Assembly (NCBI GenBank): GCA_944380775.1
Contig: CALWIP010000023.1
Coordinates: 170,633-194,632 of the forward strand
From: an uncultured Clostridia bacterium
Lineage (GTDB): Bacteria > Bacillota > Clostridia > Oscillospirales > Acutalibacteraceae
DNA: 24,000 nt
Direction: 5' to 3'
Shown here: piece by piece, positions 14,160-21,335 of the stretch
Position numbering within the stretch: position 1 is the first letter of the stretch
Layout of the letters: the number at the start of each line of letters is the position of its first letter
Notes under the pieces: generated by a model
Database searches by the model: none
The model's input: the letters and a program-made list of their open reading frames with translations, nothing else
Told to the model about the DNA's origin: nothing
Position numbers and translations under genes: made by a program

Positions 14160-15770
14160 ATGAAACGGCTGCAGGGAACCGGGACTTGCGCAGGGTTTGC
14201 AGAAGGCCCCGTGTTTTTTTACCGGCGCGCAACTGCCGGCGGAGGGCCTGGGGGCGGCGGGGAAACGGAAGCCGCGCGCCTGGCGCTTGCCTACCGGCAG
14301 GCGGACCGGCAGCTGGAGGACCTGCGCCGCCTGGCGGAGGAAGAGGCCGGCGCGGAAAGCGCCCAGATTTTTGAAATCCACCGGATGATGCTCGCGGATG
14401 AGGATTTCCGGCAGTGCGCCGCCGCTGCGGTGGAACGCGGCGTTTCCGCCGAAGAGGCGGTTTGGCAGGCGGCGGAGCAATTTTCCGCCCTGCTGGAGCA
14501 GACCGGGGATCCGCTGCTGAGCGAACGCGCCGCCGACGTGCGCGACGCCGCGCGCACGCTGGAAAACGCCCTGTGCGGCGGGGAACCGCCTGCGCTGGAA
14601 TTCCCACAGCCGGTCATCCTGGCGGCGGAGGACCTTTCCCCCAGCGAAACGGTGCGCCTGGACAAACGCCAGGTGCTCGCCTTCCTCACTTCCGGCGGGA
14701 CGGCGCAGTCTCACACGGCGATCCTCGCACGCTCGTTGGGGATCCCGGCTGTGGTGGGCCTCGGCCCCGCGCTCGACGCAAGCTGGGACGGCGGCGACGC
14801 GCTGGTAGACGGGGGCCGCGGCATCGCGGTTCTCTCCCCTGATGCGGAGGCCCGCCGCCGGTTCCGGGAGGGGCAGGCGCTGGCTGCGAAAGAACAGCGG
14901 GAGCTCTCCCGTTTCCGGGACGTGCGTTCCGTCACCCGCAGCGGGCGGGCGGCGCCCGTTTGCGCGAATGTGGGCGCGCCGGGGGATCTGGACGCCGCGC
15001 TGGAGTCTGGCGCCGAGGGCATCGGCCTGTTCCGCACCGAATTTTTCTATCTCTCGCGGGAACAGCCGCCCACAGAAGAAGAACAATTCGCCGCCTACCG
15101 CGAAGCGCTGCGGCGCATGGGCGGGCGGCAGGTTGTGTTCCGCACGCTGGACGCCGGTTCCGACAAACAGGCGGCCTGCCTGGACCTCCCCGCCGAGCAA
15201 AACCCGGCGCTGGGCCTGCGCGGCCTGCGGTTCTGCCTTGAGCGCCCCGGCCTGTTCCGCACCCAGCTGCGCGCGCTGTACCGCGCCGCCGCAGAGGGGA
15301 ACGCAGCTATCATGTTCCCGATGGTGGCGTCCCTCTGGGAATTGCAGGAGGCAAAGGCGGCTGCGCGGGCCGTGCAGGACGAACTGCGCGCCGAAGGCCT
15401 CCCGTTCCGGGAAAAGGTCCCGCTCGGCGTGATGATCGAAACGCCGGCCGCGGCCGTCCTCAGCGCGGACCTCGCGCGCGAAGCGGATTTTTTCAGCATC
15501 GGGACAAACGACCTGACCCAATATGTCCTGGCGGCGGACCGCCTCTCGCCCGCCCTGCGGCGGTTTTACGACCCGCTCCACCCCGCCGTGCTGGCCCTGA
15601 TGCGCGCCACCGTGGAAAACGCCCACCGTGCGGGCATCCCCGCCGGCGTTTGCGGCGAAGTCGCGGCGAATCCCCGGGCGGTCCCGCTTTTGCTGGAGAT
15701 GGGTGTGGACAAGCTCTCCGTCGCGCCGCCGTCCGTTTTACCGGTGCGCGCCGCGGTCTGCGCCTTTTAA
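14160..15770 (+). CDS. ptsI: Phosphoenolpyruvate-protein phosphotransferase (PTS enzyme I)
   Basis: Contains the active-site His block GGTAQSHTAILARSLGIPAVVG, plus GLFRTEFFYL, MIETPAA and FSIGTNDLTQY. I prefer ATG 14160 because of its spacing from GGGAGGG; 14154 is the alternative. Confidence 0.9.
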   Translation: MKRLQGTGTCAGFAEGPVFFYRRATAGGGPGGGGETEAARLALAYRQADRQLEDLRRLAEEEAGAESAQIFEIHRMMLADEDFRQCAAAAVERGVSAEEAVWQAAEQFSALLEQTGDPLLSERAADVRDAARTLENALCGGEPPALEFPQPVILAAEDLSPSETVRLDKRQVLAFLTSGGTAQSHTAILARSLGIPAVVGLGPALDASWDGGDALVDGGRGIAVLSPDAEARRRFREGQALAAKEQRELSRFRDVRSVTRSGRAAPVCANVGAPGDLDAALESGAEGIGLFRTEFFYLSREQPPTEEEQFAAYREALRRMGGRQVVFRTLDAGSDKQAACLDLPAEQNPALGLRGLRFCLERPGLFRTQLRALYRAAAEGNAAIMFPMVASLWELQEAKAAARAVQDELRAEGLPFREKVPLGVMIETPAAAVLSADLAREADFFSIGTNDLTQYVLAADRLSPALRRFYDPLHPAVLALMRATVENAHRAGIPAGVCGEVAANPRAVPLLLEMGVDKLSVAPPSVLPVRAAVCAF

Positions 15771-15808
15771 CCGCAGCGCAACGAAAAGACTTCCTCAACG
15801 CAGGCAAA

Positions 15809-15846
15809 ACGGCCCGCCCCGGAAGACCGGGACAGGCCGTTTTTTA
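15809..15846. terminator. Bidirectional rho-independent terminator between ptsI and kdgK
   Basis: ACGGCC-cg-CCCGG aaga CCGGG-aca-GGCCGT (15809-15840), flanked by AAAA on the left and TTTTT (15841-15845) on the right. Confidence 0.6.
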
Positions 15847-15858
15847 TGCCGGTTACAA

Positions 15859-16881
15859 TTACCGCTGTACGCGGCCGGAGCCGTCGCCGCCGGCCAATTT
15901 TTTGACTTCGTCGACGGAGACCTGGTTAAAATCCCCTTCGATGGTGTGCTTAAGGCAGCTCGCCGCCACGGCGAATTCGATCGTCTCCTGCGGGCCGTAG
16001 CCATTCAGCGCCGCATAGATCAGGCCGCCGCCGAAGCTGTCGCCGCCGCCGACCCGGTCCACAATGTGGATCGGGTAGCTCTTGCTGAAATAGCTCTCCC
16101 CATTTTCATAGAGCATGCCCGCCCAGTGGTTGTCGTTCGCGGAGAGCGACGTGCGCAGCGTGATGGCAACTTTTTGGAAGCCGAAGCGCTCCGCCAGCTG
16201 GCGCGCGACGTCGCGGTAGCCCTCGTGGTCCAGCTTGCCGCCCGTCACGTCAGTGCCCGCCGCCTTGATGCCAAACACGTCGGCGGCGTCCTCCTCGTTG
16301 GAGATGCAGACATCGACATATTCCATCAGGCCGGCCATCACCTGCCCGGCCTTTTCCCGGCTCCACAAGTTCTTGCGGTAGTTGAGGTCGCAGCTCACCG
16401 GAACGCCCAGTTTTTTCGCCGCGCGGCACGCGTCCAGGCAAATGGCGGCCACGTTGTCGCTCAGCGCCGGGGAAATGCCGGTAAAGTGGAACCAGTCCGC
16501 CCCCTGGAAGATTGCATCCCAGTCAAATTCCTCCGGAGACGCCGTCGCGATGGCGGAACCCGCACGGTCGTAGATGACTTTGGAGGGGCGCTGACTCGCG
16601 CCCTTTTCCAAAAAATAGATGCCGATACGGCTGCCGCCCCGCACGATGCGGGAGGTATCCACCCCGTAGCGGCGCAGCGCATTGACCGCCGCCTGGCCAA
16701 TCTCGTGGGACGGCAGTTTCGTGACAAAGCTGGCGTCCACCCCGTAATTTGCAAGGGAGACCGCCACGTTCGCCTCGCCGCCGCCGTAGGTTGCGCCCAA
16801 GCTCTCCGCCTGGACAAACCGGTAGTAGCCCTCCGGCGCAAGCCGGAGCATGATTTCGCCAAATGTAACAACTTTTGCCAT
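15859..16881 (-). CDS. kdgK: 2-dehydro-3-deoxygluconokinase (PfkB family)
   Basis: 340 aa. Starts MAKVVTFGEIMLRLAP, contains GGGEANVAVSLANYG, and has the C-terminal anion-hole motif DRVGGGDSFGGGLIYA. Located downstream of eda. Confidence 0.9.
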   Translation of the reverse strand: MAKVVTFGEIMLRLAPEGYYRFVQAESLGATYGGGEANVAVSLANYGVDASFVTKLPSHEIGQAAVNALRRYGVDTSRIVRGGSRIGIYFLEKGASQRPSKVIYDRAGSAIATASPEEFDWDAIFQGADWFHFTGISPALSDNVAAICLDACRAAKKLGVPVSCDLNYRKNLWSREKAGQVMAGLMEYVDVCISNEEDAADVFGIKAAGTDVTGGKLDHEGYRDVARQLAERFGFQKVAITLRTSLSANDNHWAGMLYENGESYFSKSYPIHIVDRVGGGDSFGGGLIYAALNGYGPQETIEFAVAASCLKHTIEGDFNQVSVDEVKKLAGGDGSGRVQR

Positions 16882-16910
16882 ACAAATCCTCCTGTGCGCC
16901 CCGGCCGGCG

Positions 16911-17873
16911 TTATTTCTTCTGCACCAGGTGTACGCCGAAGCCGCCGATTTCCTCTTTCAGGTAGATCGCGGTCCAGTTGCCCTTTTCGTCGTACTTTTT
17001 CTCGTCCTCAAACGCATAGCCTTTGAGTGTGAGGTAGTTCACGGCGCGCGCCAGGAAGTTGGTACGGATGGCGATGTGGCCGAGACGGCCCGGGCCCTTG
17101 CCCTTCATGACCTCGACGGCCGTGCCGGCGAAGAGCGAGCCCTCTCCCTCCTTTGCGGTGAAGCCAAACATGGCCTCGAAAACCCCGGCGATGCGGCGCG
17201 CTTCTTCCGCCGTTTCGCAGTTGATGCCGACATGGCCAATGGTGAACCCGAGCATCGTCTGCACGGCCTCGCGGGTGAGCGCCTCAATCTGGTCGAACGC
17301 GCCGGCGCGGATCATGTCGTCCTTGACCATCCAGCTGCCGCCGCACGCAAGGATCTTGTTAAAGGAGAGGTAATCGTTCAGGTTTTTCGCGTTGATGCCG
17401 CCGGTCGGCATGAACATCATGTCGTGATACGGCGCGGCGATGGCCTTAATCATCTTCAAGCCGCCCACCTGCTCCGCCGGGAAGATCTTGACGACGTCCA
17501 GGCCCATTTCAATGGCCTGCTCCACATCGCTCGGGTTCGCGCAGCCCGGCGTCACCGGATAGCCTTTTTCTACGCAGTGCTTGACCACGCGCGGGTTGAA
17601 ACCCGGGCTCACGATAAACGACGCGCCCGCCGCCATCGCGCGGTCCGCCTGCTCCGGCGTAAGCACCGTGCCAGCGCCAATCAGCATTTCCGGGTGGGCC
17701 TCATGCATCCGGCGGATGGCCTCTTCCGCCGCATCGGTACGGAACGTGATCTCCGCGCACGGCAGGCCGCCCGCGCAGAGCGCCTTCGCCAGCGGCGCGG
17801 CATCCTTCGCGTCGTCAATCTTAACAACCGGGACAATGCCGATCGCACCGATTTTCTTTAACACTTCATTCAT
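16911..17873 (-). CDS. eda: KDPG/KHG aldolase (Eda) fused to a C-terminal VOC/glyoxalase-like domain
   Basis: ATG at 17873 with GAGGTG 8 nt upstream. The N-terminal ~210 aa form the Eda fold (IVPVVKIDD..GGLPCAEITFRT..GAGTVL..FMPTGGI). The C-terminal ~110 aa (IGHVGINCE...GHIAIRTNFLARAVNYL...GFGVHLV) look like a vicinal-oxygen-chelate module. Confidence 0.85.
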   Translation of the reverse strand: MNEVLKKIGAIGIVPVVKIDDAKDAAPLAKALCAGGLPCAEITFRTDAAEEAIRRMHEAHPEMLIGAGTVLTPEQADRAMAAGASFIVSPGFNPRVVKHCVEKGYPVTPGCANPSDVEQAIEMGLDVVKIFPAEQVGGLKMIKAIAAPYHDMMFMPTGGINAKNLNDYLSFNKILACGGSWMVKDDMIRAGAFDQIEALTREAVQTMLGFTIGHVGINCETAEEARRIAGVFEAMFGFTAKEGEGSLFAGTAVEVMKGKGPGRLGHIAIRTNFLARAVNYLTLKGYAFEDEKKYDEKGNWTAIYLKEEIGGFGVHLVQKK

Positions 17874-17940
17874 TTCGAGCACCTCGTTTTCGGAATCGGG
17901 TTTCATACAGTGGAACAAAGTTCCGCCATCCTTCTCTTTC

Positions 17941-17968
17941 ATTATAATTCTATCAAAAAACATGTCAA
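17941..17968 (-). promoter_or_regulatory. Consensus promoter for eda-kdgK
   Basis: On the minus strand, TTGACA (17968-17963), a 16-nt spacer and TATAAT (17946-17941). The leader contains the palindrome GGAACaaaGTTCC (17912-17924). Confidence 0.6.
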
Positions 17969-18069
17969 GAGGAAATTCCCTTTTTCAGCATTCCGCCAAA
18001 AAAGCCGGGATTCTTTTGACGGCGGCGGCAATGCGCGGGGAAAATTTTGCCGCCGCGCAGCCTTCGCGG

Positions 18070-18098
18070 TTGTTTTTCCCCTCCCGCTGTGCTAAGAT
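18070..18098 (+). promoter_or_regulatory. Possible promoter for the IclR-family regulator
   Basis: TTGTTT (18070-18075), a 17-nt spacer and TGcTAAGAT (extended -10, hexamer 18093-18098). Confidence 0.4.
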
Positions 18099-18178
18099 AG
18101 GGTAAACGGCGCCCGCCGCGCCGCAGCAGGAAGCAGCCACGGCAAAGGCCCGTGCAGGGCCTGGAACAGGAGGGGACC

Positions 18179-18982
18179 ATGCCAGACCGCAAGACCGTAC
18201 AATCCGCAGAGCGGGTCTTCCAGGTACTGGAAGCGCTGGCAGAGGGAGGCCCCGCCGCCCTGACGGTACTGAGCCAGCACCTCGGCCTGAGCAAAAGCAC
18301 CACGCACCGCATGCTCCACTCCCTGGCAGAGCTGGGTTATGTCCGCAAGGAAGAAGCGTCCGGGAAATATTGCCTAACGCTGAAACTGCTGGAAATCTCC
18401 GGCCGCCTGCTCGAACAATTCGACGTGCTTCCTGCTGCGCGGCGGCACCTGGAAAAGCTGATGCGCCTTACGAACGAAACCGTCCATCTCGTGCAGCGGG
18501 AAGGGGACAGCATCGTTTACATCGACAAAGTGGAGTCCGCTGCGAGTTCCATCCGCATGGTGTCGCGCGTGGGCATGCGCCTGCCGCTGTACTGCACCGG
18601 CGTCGGAAAGGCCATCCTCGCGGAACTGCCAGACGCGCAGGTCCGCGAGATCTGGGAAAAAAGCGCCGTCACCGCCTACACGCCGCACACCATCACCACC
18701 CTGGGGCGGATGGCGCGCGAGTTGGCGGAGGTGCGCAAAAAGGGCTACGCCGTGGACAACGAAGAAAACGAGCTGGGCGTGCGCTGCATCGCCGCCTGCA
18801 TCCACGACTACACCGGCCAGGCAAACTATGCGTTCAGCATTTCTGCGCCGGTCTCCCGCATGCCGGACGCCCGCGTCGAAGAGCTCGCGCGGTTTGTCCT
18901 CCAAGTGAAAGCAGAGCTTTCGCTGGAGCTGGGCTATGCGCCCTGCCGCCGCCGCGGGGCCGACGCGCCTTTTCCAATTTGA
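18179..18982 (+). CDS. IclR-family transcriptional regulator (KdgR-like by context)
   Basis: ATG at 18179 follows GGAGGGG. N-terminal winged HTH (VERVFQVLEALA..LSQHLGLSKSTTHRMLHSL) plus an IclR effector domain (VHLVQREGDSIVYIDKVES..PLYCTGVGKAILA). Divergent from eda-kdgK. Confidence 0.85.
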   Translation: MPDRKTVQSAERVFQVLEALAEGGPAALTVLSQHLGLSKSTTHRMLHSLAELGYVRKEEASGKYCLTLKLLEISGRLLEQFDVLPAARRHLEKLMRLTNETVHLVQREGDSIVYIDKVESAASSIRMVSRVGMRLPLYCTGVGKAILAELPDAQVREIWEKSAVTAYTPHTITTLGRMARELAEVRKKGYAVDNEENELGVRCIAACIHDYTGQANYAFSISAPVSRMPDARVEELARFVLQVKAELSLELGYAPCRRRGADAPFPI

Positions 18983-18998
18983 CCACTGGGAGGTTTGA

Positions 18999-19823
18999 AT
19001 GGAGATTCTCGAACTGCTCAAAGCTATTTTCCTCGGTATTGTCGAAGGGATTACCGAATGGCTGCCCATCAGCAGCACCGGCCACATGATCCTCGTCGAC
19101 GAATTCGTCTCGCTCCGCGTCTCGCAGGAATTTAAGGAGATGTTCCTCGTCGTCATCCAGCTCGGCGCCATCCTCGCCGTCCTGGTCCTGTTTTTCCACA
19201 AGCTGAACCCGTTCTCCCCGCGCAAAACGCCAGAGGAAAAGCGGGGGACGCTCTCCCTTTGGGGAAAGGTGATCGCTGCCTGCGTGCCCGCCGCGGTCAT
19301 CGGCATCCCGCTGGACGACCCGATCAACGACCTGTTCTACAATTACCAGACGGTCGCCGTCGCGCTGGTGGTCTACGGCGTGTTGTTTCTGGTCATTGAG
19401 ACCGCAAATAAAACCCGCGCGCCGAAGGTCGATTCCCTCGCGGCGCTCGACTACAAGACCGCGCTGCTCATCGGCGCGTTCCAAGTCCTTTCCCTGATCC
19501 CGGGTACCTCGCGTTCCGGCTCGACGATCCTCGGCGCCATCTTGATCGGCTGCTCCCGCAACGTCGCGGCGGAATTTTCCTTTTTCCTCGCTATCCCTGT
19601 CATGTTCGGCGCAAGCGCCCTCAAGCTGCTCAAATCCGGCTTCGCCTTTACGGCGCAAGAATGGGGCATTCTCTTCACAGGGATGCTTTCGGCGTTTTTG
19701 GTCTCCCTTTTGGCGATTAAATTTCTCATGGGATTCATCCGCAAGCACGATTTCAAGCCCTTTGGCTGGTACCGCATCGCGCTCGGCGCCGTCGTCCTCG
19801 CCTACTTCGGGCTTGCGGCCTAA
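18999..19823 (+). CDS. uppP: Undecaprenyl-diphosphate phosphatase
   Basis: 274 aa with the [14 protein letters not shown] and [10 protein letters not shown] motifs of UppP/BacA. Confidence 0.95.
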   Translation: MEILELLKAIFLGIVEGITEWLPISSTGHMILVDEFVSLRVSQEFKEMFLVVIQLGAILAVLVLFFHKLNPFSPRKTPEEKRGTLSLWGKVIAACVPAAVIGIPLDDPINDLFYNYQTVAVALVVYGVLFLVIETANKTRAPKVDSLAALDYKTALLIGAFQVLSLIPGTSRSGSTILGAILIGCSRNVAAEFSFFLAIPVMFGASALKLLKSGFAFTAQEWGILFTGMLSAFLVSLLAIKFLMGFIRKHDFKPFGWYRIALGAVVLAYFGLAA

Positions 19824-19857
19824 CCGCGCAGCCATTTGAAAACACCGCATGCAAAAA

Positions 19858-19883
19858 GGCCTCCTGCGCAGGAGGCCTTTTTT
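19858..19883 (+). terminator. Rho-independent terminator after uppP
   Basis: GGCCTCCTG cg CAGGAGGCC (19858-19877), followed by TTTTTT (19878-19883) and preceded by AAAAA. Confidence 0.65.
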
Positions 19884-19894
19884 GGCGCGGGGCA

Positions 19895-19922
19895 TAGAAA
19901 AGCCCCCGGCGGACCGAGGGCT
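19895..19922 (-). terminator. Rho-independent terminator after araD
   Basis: Hairpin AGCCC-c-CGG cgga CCG-a-GGGCT (19901-19922). On the minus strand it is followed by TTTTCT (complement of 19895-19900). Confidence 0.5.
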
Positions 19923-19947
19923 TTCGCAGGCGTCTGAGGCGCCTTCC

Positions 19948-20646
19948 TTATTTCTTCTTCTGGCCGTAGTAGGCGTTTGCACCGTGCTTGCGCAGGAAGT
20001 GTTTGTCCAGCAGCTCTTGCTGCATCGGCGCGCGCCCTTCCGGATGGATGTTCTCGGTATGCCAAGCCATCATGGCCAGTTCCTCGAGGACAACCGAATT
20101 GTGTACCGCTTCGAAGCAATCCTTGCCCCAGGTAAACGGTCCGTGCGAGTTGACGAGCACTGCCGGGATGTAGTCCGGGTTTTTGCCCTGGAACGTCTCG
20201 ACAATGACCTTGCCGGTCTCCAGCTCATACTCGCCGGCAATCTCTTCCGGGGTCATCCGGCGGGTGCAGGGGATCGTGCCGTAAAAATAGTCGCCGTGGG
20301 TCGTGCCGTAGGCGGGGATGCCGCGGCCGGCCTGCGCCCAGATGGTAGCCCAACGGGAATGCGTGTGGACGACGCCGCCAATGTTCGGGAACTTGTTGTA
20401 CAGCTCCATGTGGGTGGGCGTGTCGGAGGAGGGGTTCAGGTCCCCTTCTACTTTTTCGCCCTTCAGGTTCATGACGACCATGTCCTCAGGCTTGAGCTCG
20501 TCATACGGCACGCCGGAGGGTTTGATGACAAACAGGCCCTTTTCGCGGTCGATGCCCGAAACATTCCCCCAGGTGAACACCACCAGGCCATGCTGCGGCA
20601 GCTGGAGGTTTGCCTCGCAAACTTGCTTTTTCAGTTCTTCTAACAT
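19948..20646 (-). CDS. araD: L-ribulose-5-phosphate 4-epimerase (class II aldolase/adducin family)
   Basis: Begins [35 protein letters not shown] and contains [12 protein letters not shown] and [10 protein letters not shown] chose ATG at 20646 because AGGAG lies 9 nt upstream. The ORF-track start at 20655 abuts the Shine-Dalgarno sequence. Confidence 0.85.
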   Translation of the reverse strand: MLEELKKQVCEANLQLPQHGLVVFTWGNVSGIDREKGLFVIKPSGVPYDELKPEDMVVMNLKGEKVEGDLNPSSDTPTHMELYNKFPNIGGVVHTHSRWATIWAQAGRGIPAYGTTHGDYFYGTIPCTRRMTPEEIAGEYELETGKVIVETFQGKNPDYIPAVLVNSHGPFTWGKDCFEAVHNSVVLEELAMMAWHTENIHPEGRAPMQQELLDKHFLRKHGANAYYGQKKK

Positions 20647-20705
20647 GGGTACCATCTCCTTATCTCAGAAATTTCAGGCCATTGCCGTCCTTTGGAAGGC
20701 GCGGC

Positions 20706-20954
20706 TTATTCCTCTCTTCCCAGCAACCAGTCAACAGATACGTTTAAGATATTTGCTAAGGCTGCAAGCTCATAATCAGTCACATACCGGATTTGCCCTT
20801 CCAATTTAGACAAACCCGATGCGTTCATGTCGATCCCGTTTACCTGAAGCTGGGCCAGAAGCTCCTTTTGCTTCATACCCTGGTTCTTGCGCGCCATTTC
20901 CACACGCGCGCCCACCAGGTTCCGGGTCCCGAGAGCTTGTTTGCGTAGTCTCAT
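20706..20954 (-). CDS. XRE-family helix-turn-helix transcriptional regulator (small, single domain)
   Basis: VGARVEMARKNQGMKQKELLAQLQVNGIDMNASGLSKLEGQIRYVTDYELAALANILNVSVDWLL is a Cro/C1-type HTH. I prefer ATG 20954 because GGGGGA lies ~7 nt upstream; 20969 is the alternative. Confidence 0.75.
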   Translation of the reverse strand: MRLRKQALGTRNLVGARVEMARKNQGMKQKELLAQLQVNGIDMNASGLSKLEGQIRYVTDYELAALANILNVSVDWLLGREE

Positions 20955-21073
20955 TTTTTCATCCCCCATCTGTGTCTGCGGAAGTTTCCGCGAGTGAATC
21001 TTTTGCGAATCTTCTGGGAATTCGCAGAGGCCTTATCCTAACCGATGCCTTCCCTATAGAAGTGCACGGGTCT

Positions 21074-21102
21074 ATTATAGTATTGTAGGGAAAAAAAAGC
21101 AA
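21074..21102 (-). promoter_or_regulatory. Promoter for the XRE regulator gene
   Basis: On the minus strand, TTGCTT (21102-21097), a 17-nt spacer and TATAAT (21079-21074). The ~100-nt leader carries two inverted repeats, at 20978-20991 and 21004-21026. Confidence 0.5.
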
Positions 21103-21173
21103 CGGGAAAATCACCTTTTTTCCGCTTTCCTCCGCGAAGAATACGCAGATTCTAAAAAAACTTCCGAAATTGA

Positions 21174-21202
21174 TTTGTTATTTCCTCCGAAGCTTGCTAT
21201 AA
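21174..21202 (+). promoter_or_regulatory. Promoter for pncB
   Basis: TTGTTA (21174-21179), a 17-nt spacer and TGcTATAAT (hexamer 21197-21202). Confidence 0.55.
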
Positions 21203-21335
21203 TGGGAAAAAGATCCCGCGCGGGGACCGGCCCCAGGAGCCCCTCCCCCGCCCGCCCGGCAAACGGGCGGCCGGGCAGTGCGGGAACAAACGGCGCGCCC
21301 TTCGCGCTGCGCATGAGGAAAGGGAAGGATCACAA

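Noticed and set aside
14091-15626. 511-aa minus-strand ORF spanning most of ptsI
   Set aside because: It is antisense to a gene with unambiguous EI motifs. The product is Arg/Gly/Ala/Pro-rich low complexity with no recognisable domain. This is the typical stop-free antisense frame of high-GC DNA.
15628-16965. 445-aa plus-strand ORF over kdgK
   Set aside because: It is antisense to a clear PfkB kinase. The composition is Arg/Ala-rich, no motif is present, and no ribosome-binding site is seen.
18374-19982. 317-aa and 382-aa minus-strand ORFs across the IclR regulator, uppP and the downstream spacer
   Set aside because: Both are antisense to well-supported genes. They cross two terminator hairpins and have low-complexity composition.
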